NCBI GenBank assembly: GCA_964016885.1
Contig: OZ024741.1
Span: 251,224,001-251,288,000, forward strand
Direction of reading: 5' to 3'
DNA from: Eledone cirrhosa
Lineage: Eukaryota
Length of the DNA: 64,000 bases
A program made the position numbers and the translations under genes. How positions within the stretch are numbered: position 1 is the first letter of the stretch; every line of letters starts with the position of its first letter. Positions 37,028 through 52,321 of the stretch are shown here, one piece after another. The notes below the pieces were generated by a model. The model was not told the DNA's origin, did no database searches, and was given only the letters and a program-made list of their open reading frames with translations.

Positions 37028-39719
37028 CGTTCTGACTCTAGCTACTGTACTTTCAGATCACCTTCCCCCACTGCTGATTTTGTCACCCAGGTAACGGAAG
37101 CTGTCCACTATTTCTATAGAACCCTCTGCGCAATTGAAAGAGCTAGTATTTTGTGGGCACTTGCTGCTACTTATTGCACCAGTGTACCAGCCACATGTAA
37201 AATCTGTGTTCTTAGGTAGCTTACCTGTGATCCCACTACATCTTTTATGCACCCATATTTTGCATTTGGGACATAAAATGGAGTTTCTACCTACGCCTTT
37301 CCTACACATTGAGCATGGCCATTTCCCGGAAGGGACCGGTGCCTTATTTTCTTTCCTACAAACTAGAACTTTAGTCTTAGCCAGGTTAATTTTAAGGCCT
37401 TTTGACTCTAGGCCATGCTTCCATGTTTGGAATTTCTTCTCTAGTTCGGCCATTGATTCAGCTATGAGCGTTAGATCATCTGCGTATAGGAGTTCGCATG
37501 GGCAGCCGGTCTTGAACTCCACTGTTATAGCCTGAAGGGCAATAATAAATAGTAGGGGGCTAAGAACAGAGCCCTGATGAACACCAACTTTTACGCTAAA
37601 CTCTTCACTATATTCGTTGTTAATTCTAACCTTGCTGACTGTTTCTTTATACATGGCTTGTACAGCTCTCACAAGCCATTCATCAACACCTAGTTTTCTA
37701 AGGGCCCACCAGATAATCGAGCGGATTACTCTGTCAAAGGCTTTCGCCAAGTCGACAAAAGCTAAGTATAGGGGTTTACTTTTAGCTAGGTACTTCTCCT
37801 GTAGTTGTCGTACAATGAAAAGAGCGTCTGTGGTACTTTTTGCCTGATAGAAACCCGAACTGCATTTCATCTAGATCAATTCTCTCTCTGATTAGTTGCG
37901 CTATTACTTTTTCCGTGACCTTCATGACCTGGTCGATTAATTTAATGTCTCTATAGTTACTCCTATGTAGGGCGTCTCCTTTACCCTTGTAGCAGTTAAT
38001 GATGATGCTGCTACGCCAGTCCTTCGGAACAACCCCATTCTGTATGACTTGGTTTACTATCCGGGTGACCATGGTGTGTCCTGCCATTTCAGAGGCTTTC
38101 AGCATCTCAGCAACTATTTCTGAAGGCCCAGCCGCCTTACCCGTCTTCATATCTTTGATTGCCTTACTTATTATACTACCTTCGACTAACACTGCTGGTC
38201 CCTCTATTGGGTCGATGTGGGGGAGACTGTCTTTCTCCCATTTATTCTCATTTAGTAGCCTTTCGTAGTGACACTTCCAAGCTACCTTCTTATCAGCGTC
38301 AGTGATGGCAAGTACACCATCATCATTAAGTACACACTTCTCCCCGACAATATCACGGTTTTCCTTGACACATTGCCTAGCAATCCTGAACACCTCACGT
38401 TTTTGGTCCTCGCGTTGTAGAACATGCTTGAACTTTCTCTCCTCTGCTTCCCTTCTTGCGAAGTACACTTGTCTCCTAGCTTCCCTCCTGGCCACTTGAT
38501 AGTCTTCTCTACTTCCCCCATCCCGCCATACTTTCCAAGCCTGCTTTTTGGCCTTAATTGACTCCTCCACCTTACTGTTCCACCACCATGTTACTCTCCT
38601 CCTGCCTTCAGGCCTGCTCCAGCCACAGACTTCGTCTGCCGCCATCAGCAGGTTTGCTTTCAGGAATTCCCACTGCTCCTCTATATTGTACGACTCTAAT
38701 TGCTCTTCCTTACTGTCGAAAGCATCAAGTAATATGCTTTTAAATTTATTTCTGGCTGTAGGGTCCTTTAGCTTCCATATTTTTCTCCTGAGGATAGTCC
38801 TCTTCTGCTGTCTAGTACGTCTCGTCCTGACTATGAGGTCGCTAATTATCAGTCTATGTTGGGAGGTGCATTCTTCATGGGGGAGGGATTTAGTGTTTAC
38901 AACAGACACTCTGTCACGTCTTCTGGTAAGGATATAATCTACCTGGCTGGTATGTTCCCCTGATCTGTTGGTGATCAAGTGATTGTCTCGTTTTTTGAAG
39001 TTAGTGTTACAGATAGTTAGGTTATTTGCATCACAGAATTCCAGGATTCTGGAGCCTTCCTCGTTTCTAGTACCAAATCCATAGCCTCCGTGGATTCCAT
39101 CATAGCCGTCACAATGTTGTCCAACGTGGCCATTTAGGTCACCAGCAATAATTATATAGTCACTGTCGGTTATTTGGGAGGTAGTGAGCATCTGTGTCTC
39201 ATAGAATCTGTCTTTTATAGAGCCAGGCAGTCCAGATTGGGGCGCCTATGCAGATATTACTGTCACAGTAGTTCTATTTAGAACAAGTCTTATTTTAATT
39301 ATTCTGTCATTTACTCTATTTACATCTATTATCTTATCCACCCATTTTTCTGCTAACATGATTCCTACCCCACCTATCTCATTGTCATTTCCCACCCAGA
39401 AAAGCGTATAGCAACGTTTTTTACCCACAATGAATCTAGCAGACCCGCCCCTCCACCTGGTCTCTTGGACACAGCAAACATCAACCTCCTTACGTTCAAG
39501 CATTTCTACAACCTCGTTAGAGCGGCCTTTTAAGGTGCCTACATTCATGGTACCAACTCTGAAGTTTTGGATTGTGTTTGGAGGATGGGGCGCAGGGAGG
39601 GGTGAGGGGGATGGGGTTGGGGTTATGTTGGCCATCCGCGGCCGAAACAAAGAGGAGGGGGCCTTGCCCTTTCGTCCGGCAGCATGAGGTGGATTTGTCG
39701 TTATCTTTGGCATTGTCAT
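37028..39719 (-). pseudogene. RTE ORF (APE-RT) broken by one nonsense codon and one frameshift
   Basis: In-frame TAG at 39246-39248 in ISA(Y)AP and a frameshift near QFGF (about 37850). Track ORFs 39246-39719, 37782-39191 and 37058-37870 join into one protein. Confidence 0.93.
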
Positions 39720-40590
39720 CGAGTGTCCAGATTCTTCAGACTCTCCAGAAATTCCTTAGTCCATCCATCATATCGAAAAGCAGCCAGAAGTGATAGCATA
39801 GGCCGTTGACTTGTGATTGGTCCAAATAATAAGATGGAGAGTGCGGGCGGGAGGGAGAGGTATGGTGTAGTTAGCAGAGAGAAGATTATTTATATTTGGT
39901 GAGAGAAGGGAGTGATTGAAAGGGTGAACTAGCCAGCGCATAATACGATATAGTGGGGGGGGGGGTTAAGGATAAGAGGGACAATGAGGCCATTTTATAA
40001 ATCCTAGAATTGTTTTCGGCCAAATTTAAACAAACAAGATTGTTATTTTAGAAAAACAAATGGGGTAGTTAGCAAGAGGTTTTAAATGAAATCTTCGAAT
40101 TTTGGGCATAATTGGGGAAGCATATAACAGTAATAATAAGCGAATAATGGGGTTTTAAAATACAAGAAGATTATTTAGAAACAACCAGACAGAATTATAG
40201 AATAGCATTGAGAGAGAGCAAAAGATTGGATTCTGGGCGAAGGTACGGATATATGAATGAATGGACCGATAGCAGAGAGAAGATTATTTAGAACAATATG
40301 AATGAATGGACCGATAGGCTGGAGAGAGAGATAAGAAAAATGGCATTTACATTATACTTCGCAGGGAACGACGAGGGTCTGACCATTTAAAAGCGTTGAC
40401 AAATTCTGAGATTCGTACCTCGCAACAGGTTTATTTATATTTGGTGAGAGAAGGGAGTGATTGAAAGGGTGAACTGAGGGTGAACTAGCCAGCGCGTAAT
40501 ACGATATAGTGGGGGGGTAAAGGATAAAAGGGACAATGAGGACATTTTATAAATCCTAGAATTGTTTTCGGCCAAATTTAAACAAACAAG
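37028..40590 (-). mobile_element. Near full-length RTE-clade LINE (5' UTR, APE endonuclease, RT, PHD-like finger), 3'-truncated
   Basis: Motifs RVGTMNVGTL, CVQETRW, IAGDLNGHVG, QVDYIL, SQHRLII, WWWN, KAAGPSEI, FVDLAKAFD, QGSVLSPLLF and YADD. A ~150-bp direct repeat lies in the putative 5' UTR (about 39887-40039 and 40430-40590). Confidence 0.97.
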
Positions 40591-40887
40591 CATATATATA
40601 TACATACATATATATATACATACATATATACATACATATATACAAACATATTTATATATACATACATATATACACATACATATATACACATACATATATA
40701 CACATACATATATATATACATATATATATACATATATACATATATATATATACATACATACAACATATATACATATATATATACATACATATATACATAT
40801 ACATACATATATATATACATACATATATATATACATATACATACATATATACATATACATACATATATACATACATATATATATATA

Positions 40888-41910
40888 TCATCATCATCAT
40901 CATCGTTTAACGTCCACTTTCCATGCTAGCATGGGTTAGACGGGAGTTGTCCTAATTTGAGGCAAGGTTGGTCGGGTGACCGTGTCTCGCTCATATAGGA
41001 CTATCTGGTAGGTTTTCTACGGCTGGATGCCCTTCCTAACACCAACTATATTTACAGTATGGAACTGGGAACTTTTTACCGTGTTACCTACATGACCTGT
41101 GTGTTTTATTCTCGTGACACCTACACGATCTCGATCTCATTTATCTCATTTATTTGACTGGATGTTGTGATACCAACTTTATAGAGAGAGGGTGGTGTTG
41201 GTGGGAGCGGGAGGATAGGGTAAGGGTAGTGGATTGAGGTGTATATTTGGTTAAGAAGTGCCTAGTGACTGTAGGTTTCGCTTTGTACATAGGCAAGGCA
41301 GGTCTTCTGTATTACTGCGTAGCACCAAAGATCTCGGTCCAGTGACATTGTCTTGGAGAGGTGTAAGTGTGTAAGGTCGGAATTTATCAGATCGTCCCAG
41401 GTTTTTCTGGGTCTGCCTACTCCGTAACTACCATCAATTTTCATTGCCCTGCACTTTTTTATACAGCTGTCATCTTTCATGCGCATCACGTGGCCATACC
41501 AACGTACTCTTTCGAGAAAACAGCATCTGATCCCACTTATTCCTAGTTTCTCACTTAGTTCATTTATTCTTTGCCGTTCACATATATTACTATTACACAT
41601 CCAATGGAGCATGCATGCTTCGTTCCTTTCCAGTCTGCGCAGGTCCTTTGCATGCAATGTCCATGTCTCACTGCCATGTAGCATTGCTGTTCGTATACAG
41701 GCATCATCCAATCAGCCTTTCATTTTTAGAGAGAAACCTTTTGTGGCCAACAGCGGTATAAGCTCTCTGAACGGTATAAGCTCTCTGAAGTCGACAAAAG
41801 CTAAGTATAGGGGTTTACTTTTAGCTAGGTACTTCTCTTGTAGTTGTCGTACAAGGAAAAGAGCCTCTGTGGTACTGTGGTTCCTGACACAAACCCAAAC
41901 TGCATTTCAT
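40888..41910 (-). mobile_element. 5'-truncated, internally deleted RTE copy with intact 3' end
   Basis: DACIRTAMLHGSETW..RWYGHV..GRPRKTW, 3' UTR and (ATG)n tail. It jumps from FVD to FRELIP at about 41788 with a local duplication of CGGTATAAGCTCTCTGAA. Confidence 0.92.
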
Positions 41911-42622
41911 ATACATACATATATATATATATATACATATGTAAACATACATATATATATATGTAAACATACATATATATATATGTAAACATACATATAT
42001 ATATATGTAAACATACATATATATATATGTAAACATACATATATATATATGTAAACATACATATATATATATGTAAACATACATATATATATATGTAAAC
42101 ATACATATATATATATGTAAACATACATATATATATATATGTAAACATACATATATACATATGTAAACATACATATATACATATGAAAACATACATATAT
42201 ACATATGTAAACATACATATATACATATCTAAACATACATATATACATATGTAAACATACATATATACATATACAGATGTAAACATACATATATACATAT
42301 ACACATGTAAACATACATATATACATATACACATGTAAACATACATATATACATATACACATGTAAACATACATATATACATACATATATATATATATAT
42401 ACATATTTAAACATACACATATATATATATATACACATTTAAACATACATATATATATATATATATACATATTTAAACATACATATATACATACATATTT
42501 AAACATACATATATACATACATATTTAAACATACATATTTAAACATACATATATATATACATATATACATACATATATATATATACATATTTAAACATAC
42601 ATATATATATATACATATTTAA

Positions 42623-42662
<40 letters not shown>

Positions 42663-42977
42663 TTAAACATACATATATACATATTTAAACATACATATAT
42701 ACATATATACATATTTAAACATACATATATACATATATATATATTTAAACATACATATATACATATATATATATTTAAACATACATATATATATATATGT
42801 ATATATATATGTATGTTTAAATATGTATATATATGTATTATATATGTATGTTTAAATATGTATATATATATATATATATGTATATATTTATGTTTACATA
42901 TGTATATATATATATGTATATATTTATGTTTACATATGTATATATATATATATATATATGTATATATTTATGTTTAC

Positions 42978-43029
<52 letters not shown>

Positions 43030-43043
43030 GTATGTTACATATG

Positions 43044-43080
<37 letters not shown>

Positions 43081-43135
43081 TTATGTTTACATATGTATAT
43101 ATATATATATGTATATATGTATGTATTTATGTTTA

Positions 43136-43166
<31 letters not shown>

Positions 43167-43267
43167 GTATTTAGGTTTACATATGTATATATATATATAT
43201 GTATGTATTTATGTTTACATATGTATATATATATATATATATATGTATGTATTCATGTTTACATATG

Positions 43268-43302
<35 letters not shown>

Positions 43303-43308
43303 GTTTAC

Positions 43309-43358
<50 letters not shown>

Positions 43359-46300
43359 TTATGTTTACATATGTATATATATATATATGTATATATTTAT
43401 GTTTACATATGTATATTATGTATGTTTACATATGTAAACATACATATATACATATATATATATACATATATAAACATACATATATAAACATACATATATA
43501 CATACCTATATATATATATATATATACATATGTAAACATAAATATATACATATATATATATACATATGTAAACATAAATATATACATACATATATATAAA
43601 TATATATATACATATGTAAACATAAATATATACATACATATATATATATATATACATATGTAAACATACATATGTAAACATACATATATACATACATATA
43701 TATATATTCATATATATATATACATATGTAAACATACATATATACATACATATATATATATTCATATATATATACATATGTAAACATACATATATATATA
43801 TACATATGTAAACATACATATATATATATATATATACATATGTAAACATACATATATATATACATATGTAAACATACATATATATTACATATGTAAACAT
43901 ACATATATATATACATATGTAAACATACATATATATACATATGTAAACATACATATATATATACATATGTAAACATACATATATATACATATGTAAACAT
44001 ACATATATATATACATATGTAAACATACATATATACATATATATACATATGTAAACATACATATATATATATATTATACATGTGTAAACATACATATATA
44101 TATATATATATACATGTGTAAACATACATATATATATATATATACATGTGTAAACATACATATATATATATATACATGTGTAAACATACATATATATATA
44201 TATATATACATGTGTAAACATACATATATATATATATATATATACATGTGTAAACATATATATATATATATACATGTGTAAACATACATATATATATATA
44301 TATACATGTGTAAAACATACATATATATATATATACATGTGTAAACATACATATATATTATATATATACATATGTAAACATACATATATATATATATATA
44401 CATATGTAAACATACATATATATATATATGTATATATATATACATGTGTTAACATATATATATATATATATACATATGTAAACATATATATATATATATA
44501 TACATATGTAAACATACATATATACATATATATATATACATATGTAAACATACATATATACATACATATATATATATATATACATATGTAAACATACATA
44601 TATACATACATATATATATATATATACATATGTAAACATACATATATACATACATATATATATATATATATACATATGTAAACATACATATATACATACA
44701 TATATATATATATATATATACATATGTAAACATACATATATACATACATATATATATATATATATACATATGTAAACATACATATATACATACATATATA
44801 TATATATATATACATATGTAAACATACATATATACATACATATATATATATACTATATACATATGTAAACATACATATATACATACATATATATATATAT
44901 ATATACATATGTAAACATACATATATACATACATATATATATATATATATACATATGTAAACATACATATATACATACATATATATATATATATATATAC
45001 ATATGTAAACATACATATATACATACATATATATATATATTATACATATGTAAACATACATATATATATATATATATACATATGTAAACATACATATATA
45101 CATACATATATATATATATATATACATATGTAAACATACATATATACATACATATATATATATATATATACATATGTAAACATACATATATACATACATA
45201 TATATATATATATATACATATGTAAACATACATATATACATACATATATATATATATATATACATATGTAAACATACATATATACATACACATATATATA
45301 TATATATACATATGTAAACATACATATATACATACATATATATATATATATATATACATATGTAAACATACATATATACATACATATATACATACATATA
45401 TATATATATATATACATATGTAAACATACATATATACATACATATATATATATATATATATACATATGTAAACATACATATATACATACATATATATATA
45501 TATATATATACATATGTAAACATACATATATACATACATATATATATATATATATATACATATGTAAACATACATATATACATACATATATATATATATA
45601 TATATACATATGTAAACATACATATATACATACATATATATATATATATATATACATATGTAAACATACATATATACATACATATATATATATATATATA
45701 TACATATGTAAACATACATATATACATACATATATATATATATATATATACATATGTAAACATACATATATACATACATATATATATATATATATATACA
45801 TATGTAAACATACATATATACATACATATATATATATATATATATACATATGTAAACATACATATATACATACATATATATATATATATATACATATGTA
45901 AACATACATATATACATACATATATATATATATATATACATATGTAAACATACATATATACATACATATATATATATATATATACATATGTAAACATACA
46001 TATATACATACATATATATATATATATATACATAATGTAAACATACATATATATATATATATATACATATGTAAACATACATATATATATATATATATAC
46101 ATATGTAAACATACATATATATATATATATATATACATATGTAAACATACATATATACATACATATGTAAACATACATATATACATACATATATATATAT
46201 ATATATACATATGTTAACATACATATATACAACATATATATATACATATGTAAACATACTATATACATACATATATATATACATATGTAAACATACATAT

Positions 46301-46710
46301 ATACATACATATATATATATATATATATACATATGTAAACATACATATATACATACATATATATATACATATGTAAACATACATATATACATACATATAT
46401 ATATATATATATACATATGTAAACATACATATATACATACATATATATATATATATATATACATATGTAAACATACATATATACATACATATATATATAC
46501 ATACATACATACATACATATATATATACATACATACATACATATATACATACATATATATATACATACATACATATATACATACATATATACATACATAT
46601 TATATACATACATACATATATATATACATACATACATATATATATATATATACATACATATATATATACATACACATACATATATATATACATACACATA
46701 CATATATATA

Positions 46711-46746
<36 letters not shown>

Positions 46747-46892
46747 TATACATACATATATATATATGTAAACATATATACATACATATATATATATGTA
46801 AACATATATATACATACATATATATATATGTAAACATATATACATACATATATATATATGTAAACATATATACATACATATATATATATATA

Positions 46893-46927
<35 letters not shown>

Positions 46928-47125
46928 GTAAACATATATACATACATATATATATATATATATATGTAAACATATATACATACATATATATATATACATA
47001 TGTAAACATACATATATACATACATATATATATATACATATGTAAACATACATATATACATACATATATATATATACATATGTAAACATACATATATATA
47101 TATATACATATGTAAACATACATAT

Positions 47126-47158
<33 letters not shown>

Positions 47159-47619
47159 CATATGTAAACATACATATATACATACATATATATATATATA
47201 TATATACATATGTAAACATACATATATACATACATATATATATATATATACATATGTAAACATACATATATACATACATATATATATATATATACATATG
47301 TAAACATACATATATACATACATATATATATATACATATGTAAACATACATATATACATACATATATATATATATATACATATGTAAACATACATATATA
47401 CATACATATATATATATATATACATATGTAAACATACATATATACATACACATATATATATATATACATATGTAAACAACCATATATACATACACATATA
47501 TATATATATACATATGTAAACATACATATATACATACATATATATATATATATATACATATGTAAACATACATATATACATACATATATATATATATATA
47601 CATATGTAAACATACATAT

Positions 47620-47650
<31 letters not shown>

Positions 47651-47717
47651 CATATGTAAACATACATATATACATACATATATATATATATATATATACA
47701 TATGTAAACATACATAT

Positions 47718-47748
<31 letters not shown>

Positions 47749-48351
47749 CATATGTAAACATACATATATACATACATATATATATATATATATATACATA
47801 TGTAAACATACATATATAATATATATATATACATATGTAAACATACATATATACATACATATGTAAACATACATATATACATACATATATATATATATAG
47901 TATATATACATATGTAAACATACATATAACATACATATATATATATATATATATATCATACATATGTAAACATACATACATATATATATACATATGTAAA
48001 CATACATATATACATACATATATATATATACATATGTAAACATACATATATACATACATATATATATATATATATACATATGTAAACATACATATATATA
48101 TATATATATACATATGTAAACATACATATATACATATATATATACATATGTAAACATACATATATACATACATATATATATATATATATACATATGTAAA
48201 CATACATATATACATACATATATATATATATATATATACATATGTAAACATACATATATACATACATATATATATACATACATACATATGTAAACATACA
48301 TATATACATACATATATATATACATACATACATACATATATATATACATAA

Positions 48352-48383
<32 letters not shown>

Positions 48384-48754
48384 ACATACATATATATATA
48401 TATGTAAACATATATACATACATATATATATATGTAAACATATATACATACATATATATATATATATACATATATACATACATACATATATATATAACAT
48501 ATATACATACATACATATATATATACATATATACATACATACATATATATATATATACATATATACATACATACATATATATATATACATACATACATAT
48601 ATATATATATATACATATATACATACATACATATATATATATACATACATACATACATACATATATATATATACATACATACATATATATATATATACAT
48701 ACATACATATATATATATACATACATACATATATATGTAAACATATATACATAC

Positions 48755-48785
<31 letters not shown>

Positions 48786-49262
48786 CATACATACATACAT
48801 ATATATATATGTAAACATATACACATACATATATATATATATATACATACATACATACATATATATATATACATACATACATATATATATATGTAAACAT
48901 ATATACATACATATATATATATATAAACATATATACATACATATATATATATATACATACATACATATATATATATGTAAACATATATACATACATATAT
49001 ATATATATAAACATATATACATACATATATATATATAAACATATATACATACATATATATATAAACATATATACATACATATATATATATACATACATAC
49101 ATACATATATATGTAAACATATATACATACATATATATATATATATACATACATACATACATACATACATATGTACATACATACATATATATGTAAACAT
49201 ATATACATACATATATATTTATGTAAACATATATACATACATATATATTTATGTAAACATAT

Positions 49263-49309
<47 letters not shown>

Positions 49310-49312
49310 TAT

Positions 49313-49345
<33 letters not shown>

Positions 49346-49553
49346 CATATGTAAACATATATACATACATATATATATATACATATGTAAACATATATAC
49401 ATACATATATATATATATATCTATATATACATATGTAAACATATATACATACATATATATATATATATATGTATGTATATATGTTTACATATGTATATAG
49501 TATATATATATGTTTACATATGTATATATATATATATATATATATGTATGTAA

Positions 49554-49584
<31 letters not shown>

Positions 49585-49790
49585 TACATATATATATATA
49601 TATATACATACATATATATATATATATATACATATGTAAACATACATATATACAATCATACATATATATATATATACATACATATGTAAACATACATATA
49701 TACATACATACATATATATATATACATATGTAAACATACATATATATATACATACAAGTATACTTATATATATATATACATATATGTGTA
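41911..49790. repeat. About 7.9-kb TA-rich satellite built on ACATATGTAAACATACAT(AT)n, with inverted internal blocks
   Basis: The core motif recurs every 20-40 bp; orientation is reversed at about 42800-43430 and 49470-49545. Confidence 0.97.
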
Positions 49791-50215
49791 TCATCATCAT
49801 AAACATTTTTACATCTGCTTTTCCACAGTTGCATGGGTTGGCTGGGTCTTTCTCAGTACAGCATCTCTCCACATGTCACGATCTTTTGTCATCACCTCTC
49901 TGAATCTCAGTGATTTAAGCTCAGCTCTCACAACCTCTTTCTAGGTCTTTCTACTTCTACCGCAACTGGTATTTCCTGGCGCTTCTTCACCCAGCAGTCA
50001 TTGTCCATAAACATCACATGTCCCAATCAATCTTCTCTCCTGCACACTACTTCAAATTCCTCTGAAACCCAGCTTCTTCAATCATCCAAGCTCTGTCTTT
50101 CTTACACACTCACATTGCACATCCAATGGATCATGATTGCTTCATTTCTCTCCAGTCTATAAACATCCTCCGCAGTTACAGCCTATGTTTCACTATCATG
50201 CAGCATTAGAGAAAA
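49790..50215 (-). mobile_element. Old RTE LINE 3' fragment
   Basis: Minus strand [30 protein letters not shown] and RLERNEA; (CAT)n tail. Confidence 0.8.
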
Positions 50216-50243
50216 ACATAGTATTTTGTACGTATATATATTT

Positions 50244-50753
50244 ATCTCATGTCGCTCTCGAGTGCTACTGGTAATATGAAACCCAGTACAACCTGTCTCA
50301 TGGTCAAGTCGTCGCTGACTAAACTGGCAACCCCACTAAGCTTTCTTGGTGAAGGGGGTGATATTTGGACACCCTGCAGGATGAAATACAAGACACGGCA
50401 AAGGGCGGAGGAACTCAGTAGTGTCAACGGCCATCTAAATAGTAGTTTGTTTTTTTTTCACCTGGGAGGGACAGGCACCCCAGTTGTTGTCACAACAACT
50501 TTCTAGGAGAGGAAAACTCTGACAAAAAAAAAAAAAAACAACCTGTGGCTTCAGATGTTGACCAGTTCTTGTTTTCAATGCTCAGAGAGTGGGATTGGCT
50601 GAGTACAAGACCTTTTCCCACTTAAAAAACCTTCAAAGCACAGGCATTGCTTATTCAGAACCTGTTACAGGTTCGTGTGGCTGGCCTTAGCCTAAAAGTG
50701 CACCATTTTCTGTAATCTGACAAGCGATTGCCATACTCTTAGCAGAGTTTGCA

Positions 50754-50760
<7 letters not shown>
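50244..50760 (+). mobile_element. Probable RTE 5'-UTR-derived non-autonomous element
   Basis: GC-richer insert between (TA)n tracts. The motifs GACTAAACTGGCAACCCC and CTAGGAGAGGAAAACTCTGA resemble RTE 5' UTRs (from recall). Confidence 0.4.
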
Positions 50761-50793
<33 letters not shown>

Positions 50794-51285
50794 CCTAATA
50801 TTTGGGAAAAATTTCACACTTTACTGTGGAAAGATTTTCCACCTTAAAGTATGTACTTTTTCCTAAATATTGTATGCTTTATATATATGTACAAAATACT
50901 ATATGTTTCTCTAACAATATATTGCTTTTTCTCTCTCTATGTATATATACATATATCTTTTAATTTGAATCATTCATACATGCATACACATCTCCCATTT
51001 TCAAAAGTTTCTGCGATTGATTCTTCAGCTGTGTGGTAATTTATGTTCTTCAGTATGATGTTTCCGAGGACTCTATCATTCAGACACCAAAGTAATTTCT
51101 GATGAGATTCACCCTTCTTAGAGGCAATCTAAACCTGCATAATGATGAACTATAGATTTCATCCTTTTTTTTCATTTAGATGCATATGATTTCAAGCACA
51201 TGCAGGCAGATACACACATACATATATATGTAGAATGTTTTTATAGTTTTATCAAATACAAGTTACACAGTAACAAAATATAACT

Positions 51286-51320
<35 letters not shown>

Positions 51321-51364
51321 TTCTTAAATTGAGGGCCGAAGCCTTTATAATTAAAGAAAATCAT

Positions 51365-51485
51365 GATAGTGCTGCCCTTTTTAAGGGTGCCTTAATGAAG
51401 TAAATGAAAGTGTTCCAACTGTGGGATCGAAACCTCGATTGTAGATTTGATTTGCCAAAAACTTACCGTCACACCACGGCGCCCA
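51365..51485 (-). mobile_element. tRNA-derived SINE-like element inserted in (AAT)n
   Basis: Minus strand GGGCGCCGTGGTGTGACGGTAAG (A box) ... GGTTTCGATCCC (B box); no cloverleaf. Confidence 0.55.
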
Positions 51486-51786
51486 TAATAATAATAATAA
51501 TAATAACAATAATGATAATAATGGATTTCTTTTTGAGTTGGCACCATGCCATATTTGTAAGGGAACAAAAGTAGAGTCAATTGAAATAGTTTATCTCAGA
51601 ATATTACTGGTAGTCAGTTTAATACGATTAGGGGGCTGGGGTTCAAGCTGGATTTGAGACAACCAACAGGATTTGAACTCAGAAATTTAAGGCTCCCAAG
51701 ATTTAAAATTTTTGTTTTTAATACTTCTGGTTACCCCAAAGTATCTGATTCAAACACCGTACTCCTTGCCATAACTCGAGCATCCA

Positions 51787-51819
<33 letters not shown>

Positions 51820-52124
51820 TTTTTACGGAGGAACAGGGCGAATATATTTACAGAGGTTGTGTAATAGGGGGCGTGGGAAATGAGAATGTGGGGATGTTGC
51901 ACACAAAGATTTTCAGTCTAAAGAATTCTTGTCACAGAAATGTCTATGAGTTACCTCCCTTACGCTACACATTGCGCTACACGTCACGCACACACAAACA
52001 CATATGTATTCAGTTTGCATGTTTGTATGAGTGTGCATAAAAATGCATGTATGTATATATGTATGTATGTATGTAGAAATATATATAATATATTAAATTA
52101 TAAATCTATTTAGTTTTACACACA

Positions 52125-52182
52125 AATAACATATATATTCATACATGTATATATACATACATATATGTATATATATACACAC

Positions 52183-52237
<55 letters not shown>

Positions 52238-52284
52238 CACACATGTATACATATATACATATATATATATACATACACACATGT

Positions 52285-52321
<37 letters not shown>

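Noticed and set aside
37134-39793. Plus-strand ORFs overlapping the RTE
   Set aside because: Antisense shadows of the LINE ORF.
51095-51145. Hammerhead-like CTGATGA-GATT..AATC-TAAAC
   Set aside because: The essential GAAA is TAAA and stems I and III are not convincing.
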